NCBI RefSeq assembly: GCF_030684315.1
Contig: NC_081365.1
Location: forward strand, 51,886,481-51,950,480
Direction: 5' to 3'
From: Stegostoma tigrinum
Taxonomy: Eukaryota
Length of the DNA: 64,000 nt
This document shows, in pieces, positions 26,025 through 40,130 of the stretch (positions are counted from its first letter, which is position 1; each line of letters begins with the position of its first letter). A program made the translations under genes and the position numbers. The notes under the pieces were generated by a model. That model saw only the letters and a program-made list of their open reading frames with translations. It was not told the DNA's origin and did not search any database.

Positions 26025-27900
26025 TAAGACTATAAGACCATAAGACATAGGAGCAGAAATTAGGCCATTCAGCTCATCAAGTCCGCTCTGCCATTCAACC
26101 ATGGTTGATAAGTTCCTCAACCCCATTCTCCCGCTTTCTCCCCATAGCCCTTCAACCCCTTGATAATCAAGTATCTATTTATCTTAGTCTTAAAATGTAT
26201 TCAATGACCAGACCTCCACAGCCTTCCTGTGGCAGTGAATTCCATCGATTCACCACTCTCTGGCTGAAGAAGTTTCTCCTTATCTCCATTCTAAAAGGTC
26301 ATTCCTTTACTCTAAGGCTGCGCTCGGGTCCTAGATTTGCCTACCAATGGAAGTATCTTCCCAATATCCACTCTGTCCAGGCCATTCAGTATTCTGTAAG
26401 TTTCAATGAGATCCCCTCTCATTCTTCTAAACTCCAATGAATATAGTCCCAGATTCATCAAATATAACTCATATGTTAAACTTTTCATTCCTACAAAAGC
26501 TCCTCTGAACCCACTCCAGGGCCAGTACATCCTTCCTGAGATACGGGGCCCAGAACTGTACACAATACTCCAAATGTGGCCGGACCAGAGACTTATAAAG
26601 CCTCAGAAGTACATCCCTGCTTTTATATTCAAGTCCTCTCAAAATAAATGCCAACATTGCATTTGCCTTCCTGACTACTGACGCAACAAACAAGTTCACC
26701 TTGAGAGAATGCTGGACGAGAACTCTCAAGTCTCTTTGCACTTCAGGCTTCTGAATTTTCTCTCCATTTAGAAAATAGTCCATGCTTTTATTCTTCTTAC
26801 CAAAGTGCATGACCTCACACTTTTCCACGTTGAATTCCATCTGCCACTTCTTTGCCTACTCTCCTAACCTGTCCAAATCCTCCTGCAGTCTCCCCACCTC
26901 CTCAATACTACCTGCCCCTCCACCTATCCTTTGTATTATCTGCAAACTCAGCCAGGATTCTCACGGTTCCTTCATCTAGATTATTAATCTACAAAGTGAA
27001 AAGTTGTGGCCCCAACACTGACTCTTATAGAATACCACTTGTCACCAGATACGATCCTGAGAAAGACCCTTTTATCTCCACTCTCTGATTTCAGCCACAC
27101 AGCCAATCTTTTATCCATGCTAGCACCTTGCCCCGAACACCATGGGCCCTGATCTTATTCAGCAGCCTCCTGTGTGGCAACTTGTCAAAGGCCTTCTTGA
27201 AGTCCAGGTAGATAACATCTATTGGGTCTCCTTGGTCTGCTCTGCTTGTTAATCCCTCAAAGAATTCTAGCAGATTTGTCAGGCATGACCTCCCCTTGAT
27301 GAAGCCATGCTGACATTTCTCTACTTTACATTCACTTCCAAATATTCTGAAATTTCATCCTTTACAATGGACTCCAAAATCTTACCCACGACTGAGGCTA
27401 GGCTAATCAGCCTGTAATTTTCCATCTTTTGTCTTACTTCCTTTTTAAACAGGGGTGTCACGTTAGTGATTTTCCAGTCCTCTGGGGGCCTCCCTAATGA
27501 TTCCTGAAAGATCACCACTAATGCTTCAACTATCTCCTTCAGAACTCTGGGGTGTAGTTCATCTGGTCCAAGTAATTTATCCATCTTCAGGCCAATCAGT
27601 TTTATTAGCACCTTTTCCTTGGCGATGGCCACCATACTCAGTTCTGCCCCTGGCTCTATTAAATTTTTGGAAGATGACTTGTGTCTTCCGCTGTGAAAAC
27701 TGACGCAATGTAGTTCTTGAGCTCCTCAGCCATTTCGTTGTTGCCAACTATGATCTCTCCACCATTATTTTCCAGTGGTGGAAATGTCTACTTTTGCCCT
27801 TTAAATAAACTCTTACAGTCTTCATTTACATTACTGACTAGCTTTTCCTCATTTAATTTTCTCCCTCCTTATTTCTTTTTTAGTTGCCCTCTGTTGGTCA
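26025..27900 (-). mobile_element. 5'-truncated CR1 LINE (ORF2 RT + 3' tail)
   Basis: 'GPDELHPRVLKE...NVTPLFKK...NYRLISL', 'LYKSLVRPHLEYCVQFWAPY' and 'RMRGDLIETY'; tail repeats taagaccataagacatag at 26025-26050. Confidence 0.95.
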
Positions 27901-29027
27901 TGTTGCACACATTAACACAGTCCCTGTCCTGTTCTTAGAAAATTCTCCCTGTTGCTTAACCAGATTCTCCTGAGCTGCAGCGTCCAAGAAAAGAAATGAA
28001 TTGTACCTCTCAATTACTTATCCATTATCTTCTGCTTATTAACAATTATCCTGGTAACAACTGCAGGTTTCTTCAGCATTTTTACAGTCAACCTGCTTGC
28101 TGAAAATCTACTTACATCCTTTTCATAATACTCTGCTGCTTCACTTTTGAATTCAAGGGACAATCCTAAAACAAATAAGCATTTTTCCAAAGCACAAATG
28201 TCATCACACATTTTAAGCAACACGTTAGAATCAAGATCCCAAAATTTTACACATATTTACAGTCCACGAGAAATGCATTGTCTTTACTAATTCAATTTTC
28301 TTTCTATTGGCATCTCTCTGTGAATTTCTTTCTGATGAATACATGATATGTAAATTACTTTAATTATAATCATTTTAGCATCAACTTAAGAGTAGATGTT
28401 CGAATTTAGCAAAGGGGCAAGAGAGTATTGTGGGTAGCCCGAGTGTCTAATGTTATGGAATTAAAATTAAGTTGATTGTTAGTTTTATTATATGCTGTTT
28501 AAATCATGCACCAGTGCACAAGATCTGTTTATAGAAATTGCCATTTATTTATCAGTTTTTAATCAATGATGCTCCCCAAATGTTTCTGTTTAGAACGCCT
28601 TCCCATAAGTTATAACAAAAAAAGATAATAACAGTAAAGCCATCAAGTCAAAGAGGCCAGGATGAAATAATTCAGTTTTGTTTTTACAGTCATAGCTTAC
28701 ATTTATAATTAATGAATGCCTTGTTTGAAATATACGTTGTGTGCTAGAAGTGAGTTGCAGAACATTGTGATGGAAAATATTATTTAATATCGTTTAATAA
28801 AGCAGTTTATTTACTTTTATCACTAAGAAATGCAAGTATGAAAAATATTTTAAAGAATTTTATTTGTATCGATTCCTTTAAACTGATTTTTCTTTTATTT
28901 TGTAATCAACTATCCTTGGACCTTTCAGAGCTGTTTACTTTTGCAACTTTACTTCTTGTTTAGTCAGCACCTTAACAATGCACATTGCATCAATGAGTGT
29001 AAGCAATCTTTTCTTGCTTCTCCATAG

Positions 29028-29097
29028 TTTACAAAGATAGCAGGTGAATTTCAGGGAAAATGGATCTTCCAAAACAATAATAAGAACAACATTACAG
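29028..29097 (+). other. Candidate 70-nt host exon (unidentified gene)
   Basis: Acceptor cttttcttgcttctccatAG and donor acagGTagtt. Only one frame is open (FTKIAGEFQGKWIFQNNNKNNIT). It lies in ~2 kb with no repeat I recognise. Confidence 0.35.
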
Positions 29098-29959
29098 GTA
29101 GTTTTTATTAATGCGTTGCTTGTTTTAAAAAATGTATTGACTAATGATGTTTAAATCCACAATAACCAACAATAGGTTCAATAAATTGTAACATTTTAGT
29201 GTTTGCTGAACACTGATTAGTCCATTAATGACTGTACACTTCCACAAAACACAGATATTAAACATCACTTGAAATGTAATGCTTGTACGCAAGTATAATT
29301 CATGTTTGACAGAAAATCAATGTTTGGCTTATTTTAGTTCAGAATTCCCGAGAATTGTTGTACACTGGCAATTTGCTAGCAATGTCAAATAGTCTAAAAT
29401 ACAACTTGACAATAACATCAAAGTGCAAATAGCATCATGATAACCAATGTTACAATACTTCATAATAACTTACTTGATGTCTGAAACAGATTTTGAAATT
29501 CAATTTTTGACCAAAAATAACAAAATGGGCCTATGAAGATGTTAAAATGCCAGCGATTGATATGGTTCAATACACATGCAGGTGATGATTGCATTAATGA
29601 AAATTAACGCCAAGAAACATTGCAGGAGCTACACCGTACAAATTTGTGTAAACCTACATGGAAATATTAAGCAGAGGTAGGTTTGGAAGAAAGATGATTA
29701 TGAAGGGCAGATAAGTAGAAGATTAGCTGGAAATCCAGTGAAAACAAACATTTGCAATTATGCAAATGTTGTAAACAGGCAGCTGGTGTCAACAAGAAGA
29801 CCAGGCAAGGTAAGGCCCCTGTGACAGATGAACATAGATAGATCTCAGCTCACTGGTATTGATTGGAATGGTTTCTTATTTTGCCTTAGCAATAAAAAGA
29901 CAAACTGATTGTTTAGCCTCTGTTAGGTGCTTTAGGTCCATTCTATTCTCAAATTTTAC

Positions 29960-31152
29960 AGTAATTTGCAAATTGGTGTACAAGTTATTAGAATATATTG
30001 AAGGAAATATAGAAGGTAAGGTGTTAGAGAGATTATAGTTCTGTGCCTAGAAAAACTCATGATAATTGGAAAGAAATAGCATGGTTTCATCACAGGCAAA
30101 CTATGTTTAATCAACTTAACATAAGTGGAATCCTGTGGGCAATGTTGTATTTGGATTTCTAGAAGGCATTTGATAAATGTGCCAGATCAAAAGTTATTTG
30201 CAGAAGATATAAGCTCACGTGCACGAGGTAACATATTGAAACAGATAGAAGATTGGCTGGCTGAAAGAAAACAAACAGTACGCATTATTTAGGTCTTTGT
30301 TGATTGACAAGATGTGATGATACGAGTTCCACAAAAACCTGTGGTGAGGCCTCAAGTTTGTACAGTTTATATTAATTACTTAAAAGTGGGGAGCAAAGGC
30401 ATGGTAGCTGAATTAGTGTGGCTAATCAGAGTTCAACTTATACACTTAATGGTTGGGTTCTGGGGCAGTGTTACTGAAAAAAGGGACCCTGGATTGCAGA
30501 TTTATAGTTCCTTTAAAGTGGAGTCACAGACAAACAGGGTAATAAGACGATGTTTGATATACTTGCTTTAAGTGGTCAGTGCATTGACTAAAGGAGTTCA
30601 GAGGTCATTTTCCGGCTGTACAGGGCATTGGTTAGGTTGTTTTTGGAATATTGCAATCAATTCTGGTCTCCTTGCTATAGGAAACGTGCTGTGAAACATG
30701 TAAGGGTTCAGAAATAATTTACAAGGAAGTTGCTAGAGTTGGAGGGTTTGAGATATACGGAGAGGCTGGGGCTATTTTCCCCGGAGTGTTGGAGGCTGAG
30801 GGGGGACTTTACAGAAGCTTATAAATTCATTTTGCCATGGTTCTGGGATCTAAATCTAGAGGCCATAGGTATAAGGTGAGAGGGGAAAGATATAAAAGGG
30901 ACAGAAGGGGCTACAATTTCACACAGAGGGCAGTGCATGTATCGAATGAGCTGCCTGAGGAGGTTGTGGAGGCTGGTAAAGTAACAACATTTAAATGATA
31001 TCTGGACCTGTGCACGAATAGCAAGGATTTAGAGGGATATGGTCTAAATGCTGGCAAATGAATTGAGATTAATTTAGGATACCTGGTTGGCACAGACGAG
31101 TTGGGCCAAAGGGTCTCAGGTTTCTGTACTGTACTTCTCTACAACTCTATGG
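29960..31152 (+). mobile_element. Composite of decayed CR1 RT fragments with 3' tail
   Basis: tatttggatttctagaaggcatttgataa (YLDFxKAFDK), aattctggtctcct (QFWSP) and the tail ctgtacttctctacaactctat. Confidence 0.85.
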
Positions 31153-31659
31153 CTACATTGATATCTTGATTCAGAATGACATTTTAGTCCAAAACACCTT
31201 CTAATTCACCTGGATTGATTGAATCGCTTACTTCACCTCAGGATGGCTCAGGGATATTTTGCAATGAAGGGGATTACAATGCAAAAGCTTTTTATATGAA
31301 TAAGCCAATGGCATTTTGCTGCTCTAAAACTATGCCCTAACACTGACCAACCCCTGCAAATTATCTGTTGTTTTACAAATGCAGCATATTGTTATCATTT
31401 GTATTTGTGATATTTTTGTGCATTCCTCAGCTGGGACTTTCAATTTGAAAATATACTGTTTGCTTGAAACTTTATGATATTGTATCACCAGTGACTATAG
31501 AGTTTTGTACCTTATAAAGTGGATATGTTCACTGATGCCTTGCGATAGACTTATTCTACTACTCTCAGGGCTTTTTGCAATTCTTCCTTGTTTAGGCCTC
31601 CAGAAAATTTATACAAGTTTTACTCAAAGCCTCATCTTCCCTGTGTTGTAATGAAGCTT

Positions 31660-31895
31660 TTCATGTGTGGGCATTAATGAGTATTTATTGCCTATCTTGA
31701 ATTGCCCTTGAGAAGGTGGTAGTAAGCTGCCTTGAACTTTTGAACTGCTGGAGAATGTATACTGCAGTTTGACACACAATGCCCTGAGGGATGGATTTCC
31801 AAGATTTTGACCTAGGGACAGTTAAGGAATGGTGATACATTTACAAGTCAGGATGGCAGTTAGCTTGGAGGGGAATTTGCAGGCCATAGTGTTCT
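31660..31895 (-). mobile_element. CR1/L2-group LINE 3' end fragment
   Basis: tttattgcctatcttgaattgcccttgagaaggtggt...caagtcaggatgg is colinear with 3085-3250. Confidence 0.7.
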
Positions 31896-32721
31896 GACAA
31901 AGACTCAACAGTAATTCTATTAGCATTGCTGTTTAGGAATTCTGGTATCAAAGCTCAATTTTCAATTTTCAACTGGTCTGTAGAGATCATGAATTCAATT
32001 ATCTGTCAATTCCCCTGAATTCCCCAAAAGAAGTCTAAAGGACCATTAAAATTTATCCTTTCAAGGTTTGTTCTTGGAACTCTCTCAAACGTATCTGTGC
32101 CTTCTATTATATTTTGGTAATTTTTATTATCATGTGTTGTAGGGCCTGCTGAAAGTGTTATTTTATTTACTTATTCAGCTTGAAATTTAATTCATAATTT
32201 TGAAACAATTATCTCTCAAGAATTGTTTTCATGAAGATGCCTGATGTGGGGTCTGTTCCACCATCTCTGACATTAATTTTTGATGGTAAGAATATTTCTC
32301 TTGCCATTTTTTCCTATAGTTATTTATTATTTGAAAGATGACTTAAATCCATGGTATCTCAATACAGTCAGTTCTATTTTCCTCAGAGTTAATGATTTTG
32401 CAACCAGAAAAAAGCTGATGGCTTTATAACTTGCTGTCTAGCCCTGAATGGAAACTTCTATATAACTCTTGTTTTCAAGTCTCTCTGAAATTTTGCATTC
32501 TTTGAAATAGCAATGTTGTGATATTTTCTTTGCCTACTATGCGTTAAATATTACAGCAATGCTGTAATAATTTCCCTATAAATAAGACTTTATATTCTAT
32601 GTTATAACAATACTGTATCTCTGAACTGCTGACTGAGGATCTTCCTGCACTTTCACAATCAATCTAATGATTTTGTGTCTTCTCGTGGTTTCACACATTC
32701 CCAGGCCAAGATTTAGATTCT

Positions 32722-33221
32722 TGGTTTGCACTGCTTCCTTACAGCACCACAGATCTGGCTTCAATTTTGCCCTTTGATGACTGTCTAGATGTAGTTCGCT
32801 CTGGTTTCCTTTGGAGTTTGCACATTCTCCCAGTGTCTACGTGAGTTTCCTCCGGGTGTCCGGTTCCTTCCCACAGTCCAAAGATGTGCAAGTTGAGCGG
32901 ATTGGCCTTGCTAAGTTGCCCATAGTGTTCAGGGAAGTATAGATTAGGTGGGTTAGAAGGTGAATGAATCTGGGTGGATTGCTCTGAGGGGCAGTGTGGG
33001 GACTTGTTGGGTCAAAGGGCCTGTTTCCACACTGTAGAGATTCCTTCATCAATGTGTGGGTTAGGTGGATTGGCTATTCTAAATTGCCCAATGAGCAGGG
33101 ATGTGCTGGCTAGGTGGATTAGTCATGAGAAATTCAGGGTGAAAGGGATAGGGTAGGATGCTTTTTGGAGGCACAATCGTCCAAATGGCCTAGTCCCACA
33201 CTGTAGGGATTCTATGATTCA
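32722..33221 (+). mobile_element. Nested HE1 V-SINEs (younger 32811-33043 inside an older copy)
   Basis: Two 3' tails (cacactgtagagattc at ~33028-33043 and cacactgtagggattctatgattc at ~33197-33220). The core restarts at 32811 after an older, decayed head. Confidence 0.8.
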
Positions 33222-33977
33222 TGGTGATATGGATGTTTTCTCACCTTTCACAAAACATGTCACTCTGGCATAGTCTTTTAAATTAGCTTCTGTGGCAATA
33301 GCCTTAATAAGTCTTTCTGCTGTGGATTTTGAATACCCTATCTTATCATAATCCTGCAGTTTTATCTGAAGTAAATTCTTCCATTAGACACTGTATTTGA
33401 AATATTTTAAAATTGCCCATTTGCCACTCTAATTTGACCACTTCATCACTTTCTACCAATCTCAACCTGGCCCTTTAGACTGTTCTTTTGATCCTTTTAA
33501 CAGTTTCTCCCTCTTGCCCAGAGTGATTTTTAAACTTACTTACAGAACTTGAAACTGCTCTAAGACATCCTTTCACTCTGAAAACCTCATCTTTTCTTAA
33601 TGTGAAAAATTTCTGTTCTTTTCTCCTACACCTCTGGTCAGTTCTAAAATGAAAGCTTTCATCTGGGTTAGCTGTTTCATCCTGCTGCGCTTTCCATGTG
33701 ACTTGCTGATTGCTTATCTATTGAAGCACTTGCAGCTGTGACTTCTTAAATTGGTAATGTTCTTAAAGTGGTAAACTCACATTTTTCTCTCCTGGCTTGA
33801 ATGGGTTGTTTTTCACCATTGTTACCTTAAGATATTTATGCAACGATCCCAACTACGAATGGCTTGGAGTTAGGATAGAGTACTACTAACAATTATTCTT
33901 TTCCTATTGGGTCTTGGAATCGATCCAGTTTTCAGTCAGAGGGAATAAACTAAACTATAATGGAATCTTAATGAAAT

Positions 33978-36620
33978 ATAGAAATGTAGAAACATATAAA
34001 AGTAGCTTCAGGAGTAGGCCATTCAGCTCTTTGAGCCTGTACCACCAATCAACGGCTGAACATGCAATCTTAACATTCCACTCCTGCTTTCTTTCCATGA
34101 CCCTCAATATCTTTAGCTGCAAGGGCCAAGCACAGCTCCCTCTTAAATATATCAAATGACTGGCCCCAACAGTTTCCTGTGGGAGAGAATTCCACAGGTT
34201 CACAACTCTGAGTGAAGAAATTCTTCCTCACCTCAGTCCTGAATTGCTTACCCCTTATTCTTAGAATGTGATCTGTAGTTCTGGGCTTCCCCAATGTTGG
34301 GAATGTTCTTCCTGCGTCTAGCCTGTCTCGCACCTTCAGGGTTTTTTATGTTTCAATGAGATCCTCCCACTCCTTCTTTGAAATTTCAGTGAGTACAATT
34401 CAAGCTGATCCAATCTTTCTTCATATACCAATGCTGACATCCTGGGAATCAGTCTGGTGAACTTTTGCTGGAATCCCTCGATAGCAAGAATGGCCTTCCT
34501 TAGATGAGGAGAGCAAAACTGCACACAGTACTCAATGTGCGGCCTCACCAAGGCCCTGTATAACTGCAGCAAGACATCCTTTCTCTGATTTTCAAATCCT
34601 CTCGCTATGAAGGCAAGCATGTCATTAGCTTTCCTCACTGCCTGCTGTACCTGCATCCCAACCTCAGCAACTGTTCCACCATGTCACCCAGGTCTCATTG
34701 TACTTTTCTTAAATTGCCACCATTCAGATAGTAATATCTCCTCCTGGTTTTGCCAGCAAAGTGGATAATGTCACATTTATCCTCATTGTATTGCACTTGT
34801 CAATTATTTGCCCAAGCAGCCAGCTTGTCCAAGACATCCTACAATATCTTAGCATTCTCCTCATAGCACGCACTGCCACCCAGCTTAGTGTCATCTGCAA
34901 ATGTGGAGATATGGCATTCAATCCGTTCTTCTAAATTGTTAATATATTGTAAACAGCTGGGGCCCCAGCACTGAACCCTGTGACACCTGACACCTGACTT
35001 GCCACTGCCTGCCATTCTGAAAAGGACCCTCTTATTTCCAACTCTCTACTTTGTGTCTGCTAACCAGTTCTCTATTCATGTCTATACATTACCTCCGATA
35101 CCATGAGCTTTAATTTTGCTTACCAGTCTCTTATGTGGGACCTTGTCAAACACCTTTTGAAAGTCCAGATACACAACATCCACTGATTCAACTTTGTCCA
35201 TTTAACTTGTCATATACTGACAAACCTCCAGAAGATTTGTCAAGTATGATTTTCCTTTAGTGAATCCATGCTGTCTTGGACTGATTCTGTCACCACTTTC
35301 TAAATGTTTAGTTATTACATCCTTAATAATTGACTTCTGCATTTTCCCCAATGATCTTACACTTGTCGCCTATAACTCCCCATTTTATCTCTCCCTCTTT
35401 TTTTAATAAAAATGTGGGGTTATATTAGTTACCCTCCAGTCCATTGGAATTCTTCCAGAGTCCTCAGAATGCTGGAAAATGATCACCAATGCTTCCATTA
35501 TTTCAATGGCCACTCCATTAACTACTCTGGGATGCAGAGCATTAGGCCCTGGGAACTTATTGTGTTTTAATTCCATCAGTTTCCCCATTACCATTTCCTG
35601 ACTAATAGAGATTTCCTTCAGCCTGCCTTCGTGCTTAACCCTCTGTTCCCTAGTAAACCCGGAAAGTTATTTGTGTCCTCCATAATAAAGGCAGATCCAA
35701 TGTAATCGTTCAATAGGTCAACCATCTCTTTACTGTCCATTATGAATTCACCTGATTCTAACTGTAAGGGATCTACATTTGTCTTCACCAGCCTTTATCT
35801 TTTCAAATATCTGTAGAAGATATGTTTTTATGTTTTCCACAAACTTACTTTGGTATTTTATTTTCTTCTTCCAAATTAAACCCTTTGTCCTCCTCAGCTG
35901 AATTTTAAATTTCTCCCAGTCCTCAGCTTTTAATAGCCAATGTATGCACCTCCCCTTTGGCTTTAAGACGATTCTTGATTTCGCTTCAGCTGCTGTTACC
36001 CTTGTGTGGTAAGCCATCTCTCCCAACAGAATCAATCTCTGTTTTGGAGGGAGATAACTACAGGCAAACCCTACACTACCTTCCTACTCTTACTCTGTCT
36101 GTTGATCTTCCATTCCCTATATTTCTCAATAATTTTTATCTTTGCTGTGACCAACATACTGAATATGCTATCTACAATTCTCTCAGCCTCACAGATGCTC
36201 CAAAGTGAATCCAGCTGCAGCTCCAGAGCTGTCAAGCATTCAAACAGGGGAGCTGCAGCTGGGTGCACTTCCTGCATGTGAACAGTCAGAGTCATTAGAA
36301 GGATCTTTGAAATCCCACACCATACAGGAGGAGCACAATACAGGTCTGGAATCTCTTGCCATGGCTTAACCCTTAGATTAACTTAACAGCAACAGCAGGA
36401 AAGCCAAGAAAAAATAAGAGAAGAGAAAAGCTACTGAACAGACACAAGCCACTTAATTACCTGCTAGCTGTGCTGTCACAGTTTAATTTCCTTCTACTTC
36501 TCTTTTGCCCTCATGCCTTCGGCAGCTGCAGAGGTCGTTCTACCTTCAATTGTCTTACCTCACTGTTGATCGCCCTCCTCACCCAAGTCCATTACTTACT
36601 TAAATCGACCCTTAAGCTTC
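33978..36620 (-). mobile_element. Long decayed CR1 LINE with internal deletion (ORF1 remnant 36000-36365, ORF2 RT, tail)
   Basis: 'LYRALVRPHIEYCVQFCSP', 'PGPNALHPRV' and the ORF1 zipper 'LELQLDSLWSICEAE'; tail atagaaatgtagaaacata. Confidence 0.9.
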
Positions 36621-36964
36621 CAGCAGCACTCTGACCACAAAGCAGCCCTTCTCAAAATGGCAGCTACAAAAATGGCCATCTGCAACAGCTTGCCTTCCTT
36701 TTATTTTCTTCTGGTCGGTCACCGATTGAGCCGACTCCTCCCAGAATTCTCCTCAGTTACTTCCCTGCAGTGGCCTCTGTTGGATGTTCTTGCACCATTC
36801 ACTGACAGCTGCTTTTCTGTGCTCCCCTCCTCGGCCACAATGGCTGAGCTTGGTCCTCCCAGAATCCTCCTTTTGTCACTTCTCAGCAGTGCTCTTCGAA
36901 ACAGAACACTTGGCTTTAAAAGATGTAGTTATTGCTTGATAGAAACAGACACAAGAGACATTGA

Positions 36965-37445
36965 ATTGTGAGGCATAACATAGAATATTGAACAGTACAG
37001 CACTGAAATTGTCTGTTTGACCTGTGTTGTACATGTGTTAACCTTCTAAACACATCCCATCTGCCTGCACATGGCGGATGTACTATACTTAGGTTTCCAG
37101 AAGGCATTTGGTAAGGTACCATCTCAAAAGTTAATGTGGAAAATGAAAGCTCATGATGTAGAGGATAACGTCTGGAACAAGGAGTTTAAAAATAAGGTTG
37201 CCCATTTAAGAAAGAGATGGGGAGATGTATATTTTTTCTCTCAGAAGGTCATGAGTCCTTGGACCTCTGTTCTCAAAAAAAAAGTTGAGTCTTTGAATCT
37301 GTTGAAGGCAGAGGTAGTGTTAAATAATGCAGGAAAGTTTATTGGGGTTAGCTGAGACTATGGAGGACTCAGATCAACCATGAACGTATCAAAAAGTGCA
37401 GCATGCTCAAGAGCCCAAATCCTGCTTCTCAGTTATATTTTTGCA
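36965..37445. mobile_element. Short CR1 fragments in both orientations
   Basis: 'DVLYLGFQKAFGKVP' (plus) joined to a 3' region; a minus-strand tail catagaatattgaacagtacagcac. Confidence 0.7.
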
Positions 37446-37528
37446 TATATACTAACATACTTATTTCTGAATTTCAAGCAAAGTGTAGGAAACTAAAAAT
37501 ACTAATCTTAAAAATATTTGGAGACACC

Positions 37529-38184
37529 TGTAGTGTTGGGCTTAAAAATGATATCTTTAAACCAGACCGATAAGGGTTAATAGTTAAGGGTTAAAAGCTC
37601 GGAGCAATGAGTAACCATAGCGCTGTGGAAAAAATATATGAAAACAGGCTTGGTGTAAAAAAAGAAATGTGTGGTTTGTCTTGGAAATATCCTCATAACC
37701 TTGATTATTTGTGGGTAACATTCTTTTATGTTGTTAAAATGGAGCCACCTTGGGAAACTTTCAACTTTCTTTTGGACAATGGAATGTCTGGAAGAGTATT
37801 AGAAGTATTACAAAATGGAGATTGAGTGTGAAATCTGAGATTCAGAATAGTATTAATATCAGAGACTTTGCCCTACTCATCGGGCTTTTCACCATTGAGA
37901 TGGGGTTCATGAGGTCGGAACAATGGAATAATGAAAGGATTCCAAGTGCCACTGCTGCCAAAGTGCCTGACAGACAGATGGCCCTGTGAGCCTCACTAGT
38001 TTGTATGTGTGTATTGTGTAGTTTAAGCTAATAGATTCTGTCATTAGTTTGCATATGTCTCATATATATTTAATAGGTTAAAGTAATAAATTAACTTCAT
38101 ATTAAAGTGCATGTGTCTTCCTGTATTAATTTTGATCAAACTTTTTTAAATAATCCATTAAGTACTTTCAACTGGCAATATAAC
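37529..38184 (+). repeat. Possible solo LTR
   Basis: TG...CA ends with imperfect terminal inverted repeats (tgtagtgttg / caatataaca) and aataaa/attaaa near the 3' end; no clean TSD. Confidence 0.25.
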
Positions 38185-39029
38185 ACCTAAAATTAGTTTC
38201 TTTTTTTCTATCTAGCCATATTCTTTAATTTTCAGTTATCACTCCCTACAGACTATTGTTGACCTTCCAAATATCATCATGACTACGTGCAAAGACACTC
38301 TTACGCAACTTCAACATCAGAAATCAATAGCTTCTGTAGAATGATGACTTCTCAAACACAGAACAATACAATGACTGAAAATCCGTATTTTTCCCTGGTG
38401 TGGAATGGGAAAACATGTTTTGCCACATACACAATAGCTTTTAGTGTCTGTGCATCCTCTTACATTGTAGATAATCTATCCTTTGTGCATTTCAAAATGT
38501 GCATGCATAAAATCATTTGGCATCTTTGAACTTCATAAGCATTAATTAGGAGTATACCCAACTCTTTTGCATATTGATGAAATTCCCTTTCCAATTTCAC
38601 ATCTAAGCTGAATGTGGCAATAAAACGTATTTGAAACAACTTTAAAGTATGTCCTAAGCACAAAAAGATATGCTGCAATATTGAACATAGTTAAAAGCAG
38701 CAATGTATTGCATTAATTTTGTGAACCTGTGAAGCAAAGGACAGGTTAAAGGTGGAATGTTTTCGGCTGGTATCAGAGAATATTTAGAACAAATACGGAA
38801 GAATTCACTGCTCTCTATAATTGAATCTGATATATTAAAGCTATTTGCCAATTGCATTTCAGGAATAAAACCAAATTCATTTCATTCTTTATAAAATTGA
38901 GGGATCCAAAGAATTTTCAGACCTTTAGGGACTTCGGGCCTTCCCCAACTAAACGCAGATATGAACATGTAATATTTTAAAGTAGAACCTTTAAAATACG
39001 TGGATAAATATCTTTAACATTGTGAATAA

Positions 39030-40130
39030 AATATCTTTAATAAGCAATGGCTCAACTCCCAACTCCTCCAATCTTTCTCAGTAAATGTAGATTCTTATTC
39101 TTGGAATTAATATTTGAAATCTTTTCTAATGCCTTCACATCTTTCCTAAAGTGTGGGCTGCTAAATTAGATGCAAGACTCAAGTTGAGGCCAAGACAATT
39201 TTTTTAAACAAGTTTAGCTTTTACATTTGCTTTTATAATCTATGCTCCTATTGATAAAGCTCGGAATACCAAGTATGTTAACAGGCTCTGAAATCCTCTG
39301 CCATCTTCAATACATACATACATTTCTAGGCCCCATTATTCTGATACTGCATTTATAATTGTATCTTTTGTTTTATGTTGTTTCCCTCTCCTGTTCTTAC
39401 TAAAATTAATCACTTCACAATTATATTGTATTTGCCATTTGTTTATTCATTCCACAAATCTGTCTAGATCCTTCTGAAATTTTGCACCATTCTCCTCTAG
39501 TTTGTGTCATCTACAAATTTTAAAAACGTTTCTAATATACCAATGCTTAGCTCATTAATATATATTAAGGGGAACAAAAGTTCAAATGCTCATCCATGAG
39601 AAACCCTATGATAAATTTATGTCTCGTCCGAATAACAGCCATTCATCATTTATCCATGTTTCTTGTTACTAAGTCAATTACGTATCACTACAAAGATATG
39701 AATTTGGACCCTGAATATACTTCACCAACTGAGAAGATCACGGCTGATGTGATTATGGCCTCAGCTCCACTTTACTGCCTATCCTGACATGCCTTGACTC
39801 CTTTAGCAATCAAAAATTTAACAAATTCAACATCAAAAATATTCAATGACCTTCCCTCCACTCTTAACTGGGGAAGAGAATTCCACAGACCTGTGACCCT
39901 CTAAGGGAACAAAAAATTCTCTCCAACTTTGTCTTAGATGGGAAACACAATATTTGGAATTAGCTTAAAAGCCTCCCACAAGAAACATCCTGCTTCCATG
40001 TTACCAGTATCCATTGTTTTCCATGAATTTTAGGTTTAATCACAAGTTCGTTCTGTGGTTCTTCCTGAAAAGCCATTTGAAGATCCGTGTGTACCTCATT
40101 AAACCTACCTGTTATCTCATCAAGTAATTT
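39030..40130 (-). mobile_element. Old CR1 fragments
   Basis: ccttcacatctttcctaaagtgtggg, gtgtcatctacaaattt (antisense of KFVDDT) and gggaagagaattccacag (antisense of LWNSLP). Confidence 0.7.

Noticed and set aside
38460-38857. Minus-strand ORFs with possible splice sites
   Set aside because: No recognisable protein, atypical composition, and no consistent open frame between the candidate sites.
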